In this document: positions 10,182 to 20,610 of the stretch, in pieces
Layout of the letters: the number at the start of each line of letters is the position of its first letter
How positions within the stretch are numbered: the first letter of the stretch is position 1
The notes under the pieces: generated by a model
What the model saw: only the letters and a program-made list of their open reading frames with translations
What the model was told of the DNA's origin: nothing
The model's database searches: none
Translations under genes and position numbers: made by a program
Assembly (NCBI GenBank): GCA_963737155.1
Contig: CAVTRN010000002.1
Coordinates: forward strand, 896,001 to 960,000
Source of the DNA: Nitrospirota bacterium
Lineage (GTDB): Bacteria; Nitrospirota; UBA9217
Direction of reading: 5' to 3'
Length of the DNA: 64,000 bases

Positions 10182-11877
10182 TATATTTCCCCTGATAATT
10201 AATGATTTGTATAGAAGAAGGATTCGAGATTAAGCTGGCTTTAAACGAATACAAAAAGGCCAAAATAGATATCATAGCTAAAAAATGCAATGGGAAAAAG
10301 CCCATGAGATTGTAACCTTGAGGCCATTTAAGAATGGGAAAACCTATAACATCAACAACTGCCATAGAAAGACAAAATGCAAGTAGACCCGACCAACCAA
10401 CTAGAAGCAGTGTTAAAATTGAGGCATAATTGTCACGCTTGTTTCTAAATAACTTCACGCCGGCCACAAGACCTAATATCAGGGAACAAGAATAAATTAG
10501 TCTAAATAGATTCACTATAGAATTGAAGAGGGCATTTTGAAGCCTTATCGAAAAGCTCTGAGACCCAGAAGGTGGATAAGGCCAAGTCTTCAAATATGAA
10601 TGCCATTCAGTCGCAATATTTGAGGGAGGATCAGTTTGAACTAATTGATTACGATATTGCCCCTCTCCTTTAACAAGAAGTAGAAATGACTTAAGACTTG
10701 CCGGCAAAATGTCGTGAGCATCTGAAATTTTTAAGGGTGGTAACATCGAGAATCCAGCTCTGCCGTGCTCTATTTTGCCACTTTCTATTGCGATACGGAT
10801 CTCTTTGGTTGCTTGGCGGCAAAAATCCAAAAAAGCGTGGCCAGTCTCTCGACCCGATAGAATTATTGCCTCAGTCAACGCAAATTCAAAGTCGGATACA
10901 AAAAATTCACGTCCTTCCCCCCCCCATCCATTAAGTTGAAGATGTCCCTTATTGCGAGCGAGATAGTCCATAGCAGGACCTTCCAAGTACGGCTTTAACT
11001 GGGCAAACGTAGGCGAAATAGCATAGGCAAGCTCTCGTGTGTTTGTGTTAATAGGTACATACTTTTGGTGTTGATCCGGTTGCAGAGAACATAAAATTCC
11101 GTAGAAATCTCTAAAGACTGAGTCTTGACGTAATGATGGTGCATAAACGCCATATGATATGTAATTTAATGTGGAAAAAATTGTCATTGGTAAAAGATAC
11201 CCAACAGACATTAATAAAAAAATTACTGCGCAATAGGATAATTTACGTGAACGCCATGCATGATATAGTAAAAATAAAACTACGACAGCAATTGGCAGCA
11301 TAAGCCATGATGCATCTTCTCGCGTGGTGGCTGCAAGACCCAATGTCAAGCCTGCAGAAAATACCCAAGGCCAAACTTTCCTATCGCCAGTTGGAATTCT
11401 AATCACAACTCCGGTCAGTGATATCATGCAATAAAGCGATAGGGCACCGCACAAAGCTGTTCGTAAAAGGCGACTATCATAACCAGCAATAGGGATACAA
11501 AATACACATAATGTCGACAGGTAAAGAATTGTCCATTTCCCAAAATGTAGAGGACGGATAGCTCTCCAAAAAAGAAAAGGCATTGGTGCGAAAAGAAAAA
11601 ACTCAGCCAAACGCAAAGGGATACCAAGACACACGATGCCAGCTAAGAAGACCGAGAAGAAAGGGGCTTTAGAGAGAACCACATTATTGAATGGCCCCAA
11701 CCAATACGCTCCACCTATGTTCGAGATAATAGAAAAAGCATTTTTATAATACAGCGCGTCATCTGCCCACTGCCAGTACTGGACATCAAGAGGACGAAAA
11801 TAAATCACTAAAAGAGATAAGAAATAAATAACAATAAGGCCAATATACTTAAAATATTCTTTATTTTCTTTATTCAT
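10174..11877 (-). CDS. Polytopic membrane protein, probable GT-C fold glycosyltransferase
   Basis: 567 aa, WADDALY acidic motif after TM1, TRED motif, large periplasmic loop, TMs at both ends. Confidence 0.55.
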   Translation of the reverse strand: MNKENKEYFKYIGLIVIYFLSLLVIYFRPLDVQYWQWADDALYYKNAFSIISNIGGAYWLGPFNNVVLSKAPFFSVFLAGIVCLGIPLRLAEFFLFAPMPFLFWRAIRPLHFGKWTILYLSTLCVFCIPIAGYDSRLLRTALCGALSLYCMISLTGVVIRIPTGDRKVWPWVFSAGLTLGLAATTREDASWLMLPIAVVVLFLLYHAWRSRKLSYCAVIFLLMSVGYLLPMTIFSTLNYISYGVYAPSLRQDSVFRDFYGILCSLQPDQHQKYVPINTNTRELAYAISPTFAQLKPYLEGPAMDYLARNKGHLQLNGWGGEGREFFVSDFEFALTEAIILSGRETGHAFLDFCRQATKEIRIAIESGKIEHGRAGFSMLPPLKISDAHDILPASLKSFLLLVKGEGQYRNQLVQTDPPSNIATEWHSYLKTWPYPPSGSQSFSIRLQNALFNSIVNLFRLIYSCSLILGLVAGVKLFRNKRDNYASILTLLLVGWSGLLAFCLSMAVVDVIGFPILKWPQGYNLMGFFPLHFLAMISILAFLYSFKASLISNPSSIQIINYQGKYSG

Positions 11878-11925
11878 AGCTACCTAAGTATGCTATCACA
11901 CTGCAATTAACCCACAGTCGATTCT

Positions 11926-12328
11926 TTAGCGGGCCGTTGAAAAAATACATTGTTTGAAGAAAGGCTCTCGCCCCATTAAATCTAAAGAGGCTTGCTGTTT
12001 TGATCTTTGTCAACGTCAGTGGAGCATTGTTTGTACCTTTTCTCACTATTATGCTAGGAAGGCGGTATCTACATCTACACTATGTGGCGCTACCCCCAAG
12101 ATTTCTCATCCTGATGAGATTATAAGCTGCAGCAGCGATGATGAAGTGACAGGAGACCTTGGGAACACCTCGGTACTTGATCTTGCGGAGATTGCCAATG
12201 GTCTTCATCCTTACGAAGGCCTCTTCAACGCGCTTCCGGAACTTCCGGCTTACGGCATAGCCTAATTGACGGGTTGTTCTTCCATCGATTGCGGAATCGT
12301 CCTTGCGATCACAGTCCGCCAAGGGCAT
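11926..12328 (-). mobile_element. IS5-family remnant: transposase C-terminus plus one terminal IR
   Basis: SAIDGRTTRQLGYAVSRKFRKRVEEAF...AAAYNLIRMRNL; IR-like TAGCGGGCCGTTGAAAAA at about 11927-11945; 5' part missing. Confidence 0.8.
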
Positions 12329-12330
12329 TT

Positions 12331-13239
12331 TTAGGTTGGTTCATTAGTTGCAAATATTACATCTTGATCAAAGCTTTTATGGTCTTCAGCGTATATGTAT
12401 CCTACCTTTGAAAAAAATCTTACCCAGTTTTTTTCGACATATTGTTTTGGTATGCAGCTTTCGCCGTAAAACGATGTCTCCAGCACTCCACCGCCGCCTG
12501 TGGCACTATGAACGAACCTGCCCGCGTCATAATCCAACAAGTCCTTCTCTGGATTGGTAAACGAACATGCTGCCCCACGCTGGAAGTCTTTCAAATTTTG
12601 CTGTTTTGAAAGTTCAATGCAGGTGTTAATGAAATTGCGAGGTCTTGTGGTGGCAATCACCATGCCGTTTGGCTTAAGGATTCGATTGAACTCACCAAGC
12701 CACCTAAGATGGGCTTCTTCGGAAAGATGGGAAAAGACAGAATACAAGTAAATCAAATCAAAGGTGCTGGGTGCAAATTGTGTAGGAGGCATGGTATCAA
12801 TCACTTTAAAATTGCATCCGATATTTTGTTTTTTACATAAATCTATCATTTCCTTGTAACAGTCAATCCCCCACAATCCGGAAGCTTCCACCTCTTTGAG
12901 AAAGAACCTTATGATTCGGCCCCAGCCGCATCCGAAATCCAGAACAGTCGTAAACTTGCCAATATCTTTTGAGTTATTTAGAAGAATACCCTTAAACAAT
13001 TGGTATGCGGCAAACGCTTCCGACAACGCCAAGTGTCCGCTCCTACCGGTGAAGTTGGTCTGTGTTTCCTCGTCCGGCATGCTCGGAAAAAACTGTCTTA
13101 TGAGCACGTTGTTGTCGTATCCAATAGTAAAAAGCCAATACCAAAAATCGTCGCTAACATCCCCAAACACTTTTTTAAGAGACTCTTTTTTGCGTAGTGC
13201 GCTTGTTAGATCCTCAAGTTGTTTCTGATAATCTCTCAT
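12331..13239 (-). CDS. Class I SAM-dependent methyltransferase
   Basis: VLDFGCGWGR, FDLIYLYSVFSHL, LKPNG. Confidence 0.85.
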   Translation of the reverse strand: MRDYQKQLEDLTSALRKKESLKKVFGDVSDDFWYWLFTIGYDNNVLIRQFFPSMPDEETQTNFTGRSGHLALSEAFAAYQLFKGILLNNSKDIGKFTTVLDFGCGWGRIIRFFLKEVEASGLWGIDCYKEMIDLCKKQNIGCNFKVIDTMPPTQFAPSTFDLIYLYSVFSHLSEEAHLRWLGEFNRILKPNGMVIATTRPRNFINTCIELSKQQNLKDFQRGAACSFTNPEKDLLDYDAGRFVHSATGGGGVLETSFYGESCIPKQYVEKNWVRFFSKVGYIYAEDHKSFDQDVIFATNEPT

Positions 13240-13257
13240 TCTAACTGTCCCTCTCCA

Positions 13258-14456
13258 TTACAAGTCCGTTTTTGCATCATTAGATAATTTTAGTTCACGT
13301 GTTGTAAGTTTCCATCGGTCTATCATCCAACTTCCCAAGCGCGTTCCCGGGCGTTCAATTAAAAAATACGTGCAATATGATAATGGAGTCAATAATCCCA
13401 AGGTAAGCAGTACGCAAGCTCCGTACTGCAGGGCGGGGGATAAATGTAGTAAGTAAATCGCACGGTAGACCGGGGTAAGCGCAACTACAAGTGTCGGATG
13501 GTTAAGATAGACCGAATAGCTGATCTTGCCATAAAAGCGTGACGCGCGATTTACAAAAAAGCCTAAAGGATAAATTGCCAACCCTATCAACAACCCTGCA
13601 TATATTAAACCTTGCCAATAATAAGCTTCTATGAGAAAATTTAATTTTCCATCGAGCAACGCAATGTACCCAGCAACGGCGGCTGCTACCACAGCAAACG
13701 CCAAACTGCGGGGAAGAACCTTGCCTTGAATAAAGTGCTCGTACACGAAGAAAACGAGCATACCAAAAGCGAAAATGGGCAATTGGTGAAGGAAACTCAT
13801 ATGGAGAAAACCGGCGCGCTGAGATTCGACTATAGGCAATATACCAACAACACCGGAATAGATAGCTGCGACTATTAATGTGAAAAAGAAAAAACCCAGA
13901 GACTTCCAACAATCATTAATATAATCGTAAATGAAAGGGAATAGAAGATAAAATATGACTTCAACGCTCAGGATCCAACTAGCCCATACAAAACCCTCAT
14001 GCTTGCCGGGGACAAAATAAAACACAAGAACACATTAAGCAGCACGTCTGTCCAAGAATGTGTGACTCCATACCAGAACTTGTCACGAATCAAAGAGAGG
14101 AGCATCCAAAAATAGAAGAGGGGTGCAATTCTAAAAAATCGACGCAGGTAAAATTGCATTGTAAGCTGAGGTTCCTCTTTGCGCTTCTGCATGGACAGAC
14201 AAAGGCAGAAGGCGCTTATTATGAAAAAAAGAGTTACCCCCGTGCCTCCACTCAACACAAACCGGCTTGCCCAAAATGGCACGGTCAAATTCGGTTGGGG
14301 AAGAAGCGCCAAATGATACGACAGAATGTATAGTGCAGCTAGCCCGCGCAGGGCATCGATGGCTTCAAGGCGATCCGGCATTTGCAGAGTTTCAATTCTG
14401 GAAGTCATATTCACGATATCAGGCCCCTTGACATAATGAGAATCTTTTTCCCACAA
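13258..14456 (-). pseudogene. Acyltransferase-3 (OafA-like O-acyltransferase), frameshifted near 14015-14025
   Basis: N-part IDALRGLA...GVTLFFIISAF...RRFFRIAP (13968-14456) and C-part WILSVEVIFY...GKISYSVYLNH...IERP (13258-14025) lie in different frames; one missing base would rejoin them. Confidence 0.8.
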
Positions 14457-14669
14457 TTTACTGCCTATATCACACCGCCGAGGGAGGAATACACTGTAAC
14501 TGATTGGTTACTTTACTATAAATTATAAAGAAAGTATTTTCTTTATAATTATTTCCGTCCGCATTGAATAGAGTGAAAGCAATAATATATCATGCGTATA
14601 ATTATATAACCTGTAAAAGAGGTCAAGAGTGGTCGCGAAATAAGTATACAGACGGAATTATCCCTTCGA

Positions 14670-14814
14670 TTGCTCTTTGTAAGCAGATGCCGAACACTGT
14701 CTTTGCTAACGCGCTCCTTCTCGAAGACCCTGACACTATGACCATGTTTTAAAAGCACCTCGCACGCATGGGACCAAGAAAGCCGCTATCACCTAATACC
14801 AAACATTTCTTCAA
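14670..14814 (-). pseudogene. N-terminal fragment of an NAD-dependent epimerase
   Basis: GGAG then TTG KKCLVLGDSGFLG / frameshift / CEVLLKHGHSVRVFEK, parallel to NTLVLGGNGFIGSHLVDKLLQEGHRVRVFDK at 6302. Confidence 0.7.
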
Positions 14815-14897
14815 ATATATCGACTTCTCCTTAGCTCGTATATTGGCCCTCTAAGTAAATTATCAAAGTAATAAATCTGTTTAATAAGGGTATCTGT

Positions 14898-17800
14898 TTA
14901 ACATGTTATTCCCAAATACTTCTTGATATATTCTCTATATGCATAGATTTTATCCTTGGTTGAAACTTCTACTGGGAATTGACTAATGACAAACTCCTGA
15001 ATTTTTACAACCTCGTCATAGTGCATTTCTTTGTTTTCGGCTGCCACAACACTTCGCACATGCCTTCTATGTAAATTCAATGGCTTAGCACAAAATGATA
15101 TCTTGCCATGCTGAAGGAGCCAGATATAAAAAAACCAATCGCCGGCGATTTTAAAGGAAACTAGATCTTCAACAATACTATCAATTTCTGTTTTCTTAAA
15201 AACAGCAGATGATACGTTTGGTATTGTGTTTTTTATTGCCAATGTGTCAGCAATTTCCAGTCTTCCATCGCGAACATAATTTTTCGTCCATTTATTGCTA
15301 TCAATGTCTGCTGTATAATTCAGATAATTCTCACAAAGAACTTTACCATTTTCATCGATCTGTTTAGACTGGCTATAGCTAAAGACCACTTCGCGATCTT
15401 CAAATCCTTTCAGTACTTCTCTGAGAAACGTTGGCTCGCATAGATCATCAGCTTCAGCTATCCAAATGTACTCACCCCGCGCAAGGGAAATGCCCTTAGC
15501 CCACTGCTTAAATACACTTCCTGAATTAGACTTATCAGCAAGGATCTTAATATCTGCTTGACCCGATGCTGCGAAACTTTGAACAATATCCAGACTATTA
15601 TCATTCGACGCATCGTCCAACACTATTACTTCATAAACCGGATAAGTCTGGCGCGCTATGCTCTGCAGCCGGCTTTCGAGGTACTTGCCATAATTGTAAT
15701 TCGGTACGACAACGCTAACCCTCATATAATTGTGGCCAAGAAGCGAAAGCAGCCTGTAAACATAATCCTTAAAATTCAAATTTGTTTCGACCAAGAGCGA
15801 ACCGTTATAACCCAATCTTTTTCTCTCGTCCTGATTGCTCAACAAGCGTATAGTCTCCGCACTCATTGCGTCTACGTCCAGGTAAGGCACGAGGACTCCC
15901 GTATCTTTAGTAACAATATCTTTGAATCCGCCAGCATCGCTGAAGCCGATAACAGGCAATCGTACGTCCATTGCTTCGGGGACAACACATGGGAAAGGGT
16001 CCTCTCTTGACGTCATGAGAAAGATATCTGCTCCCGCATAATAAAGCGCGATATCTCTCTGCGCATCGACAAAAATGATTCTGTCCTTTAAGGCATACGC
16101 TTTAACTCTGTGGTCAATTACATTTTCAAAATTGGGGTCATGCTTTCCTATCCACACGAAATAGGTCTTTGGCAATACATCGCCGACTTTTTTTGCGACA
16201 TCCAGAAAGAGGTCAATTCCCTTTCTGTAATAGGCATAGCCCACTCCCAAGATAATTTGAGCATCTTCGGGCAAAGATAACATCTTTCGCAAGGCAACTC
16301 TGGCTTCGCCCTGTTCGAATTTATAACGATTCTCGCTAAAGAGCCCCTGAGGCAACACCACAGTTTTATTTTCGTCAAGAGAAACAACAGTTTTAAATTT
16401 ATCCCTCACAAATTCCGCCGGAAAGACAACCGTTGAAGAATGTGTGGACAAAAGATCAGCATGGTTTTCAATTTCATAGTGCCTAATCGTTTCTGGTAAT
16501 TCATGCACCAGCGTTATTACGTTGATCCCTTTGCGCGCCAGAATTTCAGTAAGATCTCCTGACACAACAGTATTGCAAATAGCAACATCCGCGCCCTTGT
16601 CATAAAGATCGTTGATAAGATTGTCTAAGCGGGTAGCATCATTGAAAGCACGGTCGATATTATAAACTGTTGCGTATAGCGAAAAGTCAGGTTCCAACTG
16701 CCCCCCTGATTTAAGAAGCAAATGCACGTCATATCCAAATTTGAGTTTCAATATTTTTATGATATTGAGGGAAAGGAGTTGCGCACCGTGAAAGTGGGCA
16801 TCGTGTGAAACGAAAATTATCTTTCTGGCGTCATGGTGCCTCTCATGATGGTCAATAAGAGCTTTTGCAGTCGCGTTCAGGAACGCATAACCATATTTCA
16901 TGTCAGGCTCCAAATAAGCGCCTTCTGCCCACTCATTCCATGCATTAACAAAAATCAACCTTTCCGTTGCTGAAAAAGTTCTGCGTGTGTACTCGCATAA
17001 ATAATCAAGCCATTCTTTATATCTTTGAGGTGAAGCGCTATAATAAATAGTGCCTTTCCCTCTTTTTCGTGATTCATTATCCCAGCTTGGGAAAATCCCT
17101 CTAAACTTCTTATAAGGTGGTGTGGGATATTTTTTGCTAAATTCAATAGCATTCGCATATTCGTAAACAGTGCCATCAAACGAGGGATTAGTGAAATAAA
17201 TTTCGTTGTTAATGGGTGTCAATGGAAATGTGTTAGGAGCGAATTCTATGGCAGCATCAAATCCTACTTGCCTAGGATCAATGTGCTCAAATGAGTGAGT
17301 TAGTGCCAAATATATTTCTCCGATGCCATTATTCCGACAATAGTTGCGCCATCGTTGAGAAGTTTCTGAGAGTTTGGGGAATAATGCTGGTCTATATATG
17401 ATAAGCAATGGTTTCCCATCAATTCTGATATACCGGACATCCTCAAATAGTTTAGAGACCTCCGTAATAAAAGCAATATCATCTTCCGGGGTGTGCCGTT
17501 GTTCTAATAGGATATCACTATCCCGCCCATCCCATCGTCTCGACCAGCTTTCGTTTGCCCAGTTTATACAGAAAGGAAAATCAAGGGTTTTATCAGTAAA
17601 AAATTGCTCCAATGGAGATTCTAAAACCTTTTCTCCTTGAAACCAGTAAAAATGAAAACAAAATCCGCTAATGCCATATTGTTTGGCCAGTTGTATCTGC
17701 CTTTTTTGGACTTCCGGGATCCTTAAATCGTAATAACCGAGTTCACCCGGCAGACGCGGCTGATAATGGCCTATAAATTGAGGGATGGCTTTTGTTACAT

Positions 17801-19667
17801 TAGTCCATTCTGTAAAGCCTTTGCCCCACCATTCGTCATTTTCTGGAATTGGGTGAAACTGGGGAAGGTAAAAGGCAATAAGTTTAATATCCGTTTTTGG
17901 CACTTCCGGTGATGAGATAGACACGTAATCATTATCCGTACCGTTGATCATCTCAAATAAGAATTTAAAATAATCTTTTCCAGTTCCAATTAATGTATGC
18001 CGTTCATTTTCGGGGGCATTCACCGAATTTTCTTGTTTCAATATCGCCGGTTCCAAACCTGCAGATGTCGGCGGTGGACAAGTGAAAGTATTTACTGAGT
18101 CCTCTTGCGTTAAGTCACGCCATGCATTTCTTAAAAATGGGCGCAAACCTTTCGCTCTGATATTTGGAATCGCCTGTTTAAAATCGTAGGTTTTTATAAT
18201 CCGCAAGATGTTCTGAACAGTTATGTTTTTAAGTGTTCTTTCCTTATTTACTTTCCGATTATTTTTCTTTTGCTTAATTAAAAAGCCCCGCCTTAGAACT
18301 TCGTCAACCTTCCTGAGCGGCGCTGTGAGGCGCCATGAACGGCTCAATTGCATTACATGAAGATCGTTCGTAAGATACTGAATCTTCAATAATGCGTTAT
18401 CGCGCTCCGTCTTTATGAGCTCTTGTTGAACAAGTTGCCTCGTATTCTCTGCAAGGATTCGTTCCTTCTCTGACAACAATTGATTTTGTTCTGTCAAAAC
18501 TCGGTCGCGTTCGGTAACAGTTTGACTGAGAGCACCGATCTGCCCGTTGCGTTCGGTAACACTTTGACTGAGAGCACCGATCTGCGCGTCGCGTTCGGTA
18601 ACAGTTTGACTGAGGGCACCGATCTGCGCGTCGCGTTCGGTAACAGTTTGACTGAGAGTACCGATCTGCGCGTCGCGTTCGGTAACAGTTTGACTGAGAG
18701 CACTGATCTGCGCGTCGCGTTCGGTAACAGTTTGACTGAGAGTACCGATCTGCGCGTGGTATTTAGCTTTGTCCCGAGCAAGTGATTCAATATTGTTTTG
18801 CAAAAGATGATTCCGCGCTACCAAAGCTTCTAATTCTTCGCGGAGAGTACCGTTTCTTTGGTTCTGGTCGTCCACAGATGCCCTTAATTGATCTATCTCC
18901 GCCAGCGTCCTGATATTCTTTCTATAAGCGATAAAAGCGGTCGCAAATTGACCATGCACATAGAGCTGAAAGGCGTGTTCGGTACTCATATAGCAGTCGA
19001 TAACATCAGTTGAGAGGCCAAGCATGCCGAGCAATTTAGTAAAGGGAACAAACTCTTCTATGCCGAACTCTTGATATTTGACCTTGTATAGCTGATGCAG
19101 GCTTCTAAATAAAATGAAAGACAACGGGAGATGATCTTGAAATACCCATTCCGTGTCTGTAACATAATATGCGCCATTTTGTACGATAATGTTATCGAAA
19201 GTTAAATCAAGGTTTGATATTTGGCAGAAAAGTCCTTCACGGCCCATAACAGCTTTTTGTCGGTCATCAAAAACATCATCCAAGGATCCGGTTATTTTAA
19301 ATACACTCGAAACCTTAGTGGCACTTTTAAGCAGGGAAGAATATTCCTCAATAACGTGTACGAATCTCTCTTCATTCCGATCCAGAAAAGCGAGCAGTAC
19401 TTCTTTTTCGTAGCTCTCTCCATCGACATATTCAAAAGTAATTGCATCATCGGCTGTATTCAAGATGCGAGGAAGCCTGAATCTGGTGCCCGCTAAACTG
19501 TTTTGAAAGAGTTCATGATTTTGGTGCATGCGGGCCACATGAGCCCGTGCCTCGGGGGTCAGCGCGCGTTTGATGACATATTTCCGATCGCCTTCGCTTA
19601 CGATGAGAGTCTCGGTTTGAAACTCCTTCCTGCGTGTTCTGCTGTATTTTGCATATAAGACTGTCAT
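14898..19667 (-). CDS. Multidomain glycan polymerase/terminator: kinase-like domain, coiled coil, WbsX(GH99-like), GT4, GT2
   Basis: DLTFDNII...VTDTEW kinase-like; heptad repeats ending SRSWRLTAPLR; IAFYLPQFHPIPENDEWWGKGFTEW (WbsX); SREDPFPCVVPEAM (GT4); VVVPNYNY...AEADD (GT2). Confidence 0.85.
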   Translation of the reverse strand: MTVLYAKYSRTRRKEFQTETLIVSEGDRKYVIKRALTPEARAHVARMHQNHELFQNSLAGTRFRLPRILNTADDAITFEYVDGESYEKEVLLAFLDRNEERFVHVIEEYSSLLKSATKVSSVFKITGSLDDVFDDRQKAVMGREGLFCQISNLDLTFDNIIVQNGAYYVTDTEWVFQDHLPLSFILFRSLHQLYKVKYQEFGIEEFVPFTKLLGMLGLSTDVIDCYMSTEHAFQLYVHGQFATAFIAYRKNIRTLAEIDQLRASVDDQNQRNGTLREELEALVARNHLLQNNIESLARDKAKYHAQIGTLSQTVTERDAQISALSQTVTERDAQIGTLSQTVTERDAQIGALSQTVTERDAQIGALSQSVTERNGQIGALSQTVTERDRVLTEQNQLLSEKERILAENTRQLVQQELIKTERDNALLKIQYLTNDLHVMQLSRSWRLTAPLRKVDEVLRRGFLIKQKKNNRKVNKERTLKNITVQNILRIIKTYDFKQAIPNIRAKGLRPFLRNAWRDLTQEDSVNTFTCPPPTSAGLEPAILKQENSVNAPENERHTLIGTGKDYFKFLFEMINGTDNDYVSISSPEVPKTDIKLIAFYLPQFHPIPENDEWWGKGFTEWTNVTKAIPQFIGHYQPRLPGELGYYDLRIPEVQKRQIQLAKQYGISGFCFHFYWFQGEKVLESPLEQFFTDKTLDFPFCINWANESWSRRWDGRDSDILLEQRHTPEDDIAFITEVSKLFEDVRYIRIDGKPLLIIYRPALFPKLSETSQRWRNYCRNNGIGEIYLALTHSFEHIDPRQVGFDAAIEFAPNTFPLTPINNEIYFTNPSFDGTVYEYANAIEFSKKYPTPPYKKFRGIFPSWDNESRKRGKGTIYYSASPQRYKEWLDYLCEYTRRTFSATERLIFVNAWNEWAEGAYLEPDMKYGYAFLNATAKALIDHHERHHDARKIIFVSHDAHFHGAQLLSLNIIKILKLKFGYDVHLLLKSGGQLEPDFSLYATVYNIDRAFNDATRLDNLINDLYDKGADVAICNTVVSGDLTEILARKGINVITLVHELPETIRHYEIENHADLLSTHSSTVVFPAEFVRDKFKTVVSLDENKTVVLPQGLFSENRYKFEQGEARVALRKMLSLPEDAQIILGVGYAYYRKGIDLFLDVAKKVGDVLPKTYFVWIGKHDPNFENVIDHRVKAYALKDRIIFVDAQRDIALYYAGADIFLMTSREDPFPCVVPEAMDVRLPVIGFSDAGGFKDIVTKDTGVLVPYLDVDAMSAETIRLLSNQDERKRLGYNGSLLVETNLNFKDYVYRLLSLLGHNYMRVSVVVPNYNYGKYLESRLQSIARQTYPVYEVIVLDDASNDNSLDIVQSFAASGQADIKILADKSNSGSVFKQWAKGISLARGEYIWIAEADDLCEPTFLREVLKGFEDREVVFSYSQSKQIDENGKVLCENYLNYTADIDSNKWTKNYVRDGRLEIADTLAIKNTIPNVSSAVFKKTEIDSIVEDLVSFKIAGDWFFYIWLLQHGKISFCAKPLNLHRRHVRSVVAAENKEMHYDEVVKIQEFVISQFPVEVSTKDKIYAYREYIKKYLGITC
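18505..18756. repeat. Tandem repeat, 6 x 42 bp, encoding (QIGxLSQTVTERDA)6
   Basis: Near-identical copies of TCGCGTTCGGTAACAGTTTGACTGAGAGCACCGATCTGCGCG read directly. Confidence 0.95.
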
Positions 19668-20558
19668 TCAGTTTTTCCTGCCAAAAATCAAAAAGGAATT
19701 GGCAAAAAAGTCAAAATGGTTGTTCTTAATAATATTAAGGTAAGCAAGTTTCTCGTTGAATAAAAGAAATCGCTCGCGATCGAAATTAGGCGCTTGCGAG
19801 AGAACATTTATAATATCAGGGAGACGCTCGTCACTGTAAATTTCTCCGGGAAGTTTGTAATCGGGATGAGGGTAATAGAATTCTAAGTCAGTGAAGCCAT
19901 ATGTGTTGAAAAGTTGTATGATCTCGGACTTACCAAATGTTTCATGTGTTTTGTTGGTGACGTATCCCTCTATGTTTTCAAACAGGTTTCCCGTGTGGTC
20001 TTCTCCTGCGCCGCTAAAATATTTCAGCCCAAACTTGTTCTCTATGGCGACGATGAGAGTCCCGCCTTTGATGAGCAGCGAATCCAATTTATTAAAATAA
20101 TCTTTATAAGGCGTCTTGGAATCCACAAAACCCCGAACGTATTCTAGCACCCCGATAAGCGTCACGTAATCAAACTGAGCATCGAAATTCATATCCATTA
20201 TATTTCCAGCAGCGATTTCGAGGTTCTCAATGCTTTCGTACCTGTTGAGAATTATTTCTGCACGGCGCATCGAAAGTTCCACCGCAACTACCCTTTGCGC
20301 TTTTTCGCAGAAAAGACCGGTCATGGCGCCGCAGCCAGCCCCGATCTCCAATAAGGCTGCATTGCGTTTGAAGGGATACCATTCCAGAAGATTACGTCGT
20401 TCCGGTGACAGATGATACAAAACAGGCCATCTATTGTCATTAAAGAGAACGTCTAAATAGTCCGTCTCTTGCCTGACAATTTCAAGAATGTCGTTCTCGA
20501 CATCCCCATCAGAATACAAATCCTGCCCTTTATAAAAATATGAATTTAATATTGCCAT
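19668..20558 (-). CDS. Class I SAM-dependent methyltransferase (putative glycan-capping)
   Basis: LLEIGAGCGA, FDYVTLIGVLEY, AIENKFGLKYFSG; its TGA directly precedes the next ATG in frame. Confidence 0.85.
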   Translation of the reverse strand: MAILNSYFYKGQDLYSDGDVENDILEIVRQETDYLDVLFNDNRWPVLYHLSPERRNLLEWYPFKRNAALLEIGAGCGAMTGLFCEKAQRVVAVELSMRRAEIILNRYESIENLEIAAGNIMDMNFDAQFDYVTLIGVLEYVRGFVDSKTPYKDYFNKLDSLLIKGGTLIVAIENKFGLKYFSGAGEDHTGNLFENIEGYVTNKTHETFGKSEIIQLFNTYGFTDLEFYYPHPDYKLPGEIYSDERLPDIINVLSQAPNFDRERFLLFNEKLAYLNIIKNNHFDFFANSFLIFGRKN

Positions 20559-20610
20559 GCTTTATCCGATTGTTATTGCAGTTGCCTTTCCTTCACTGGT
20601 GCGTATAGCC

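Noticed and set aside
18480-18790. Alternative-frame repetitive ORFs, and the 42-bp array as a possible CRISPR
   Set aside because: Units are contiguous with no unique spacers and are in frame within the 1589-aa CDS; the other ORFs are shadows
19665-19670. Selenocysteine at the in-frame TGA
   Set aside because: Falls in an interdomain linker, is followed by ATG, and no SECIS-like hairpin was recognised
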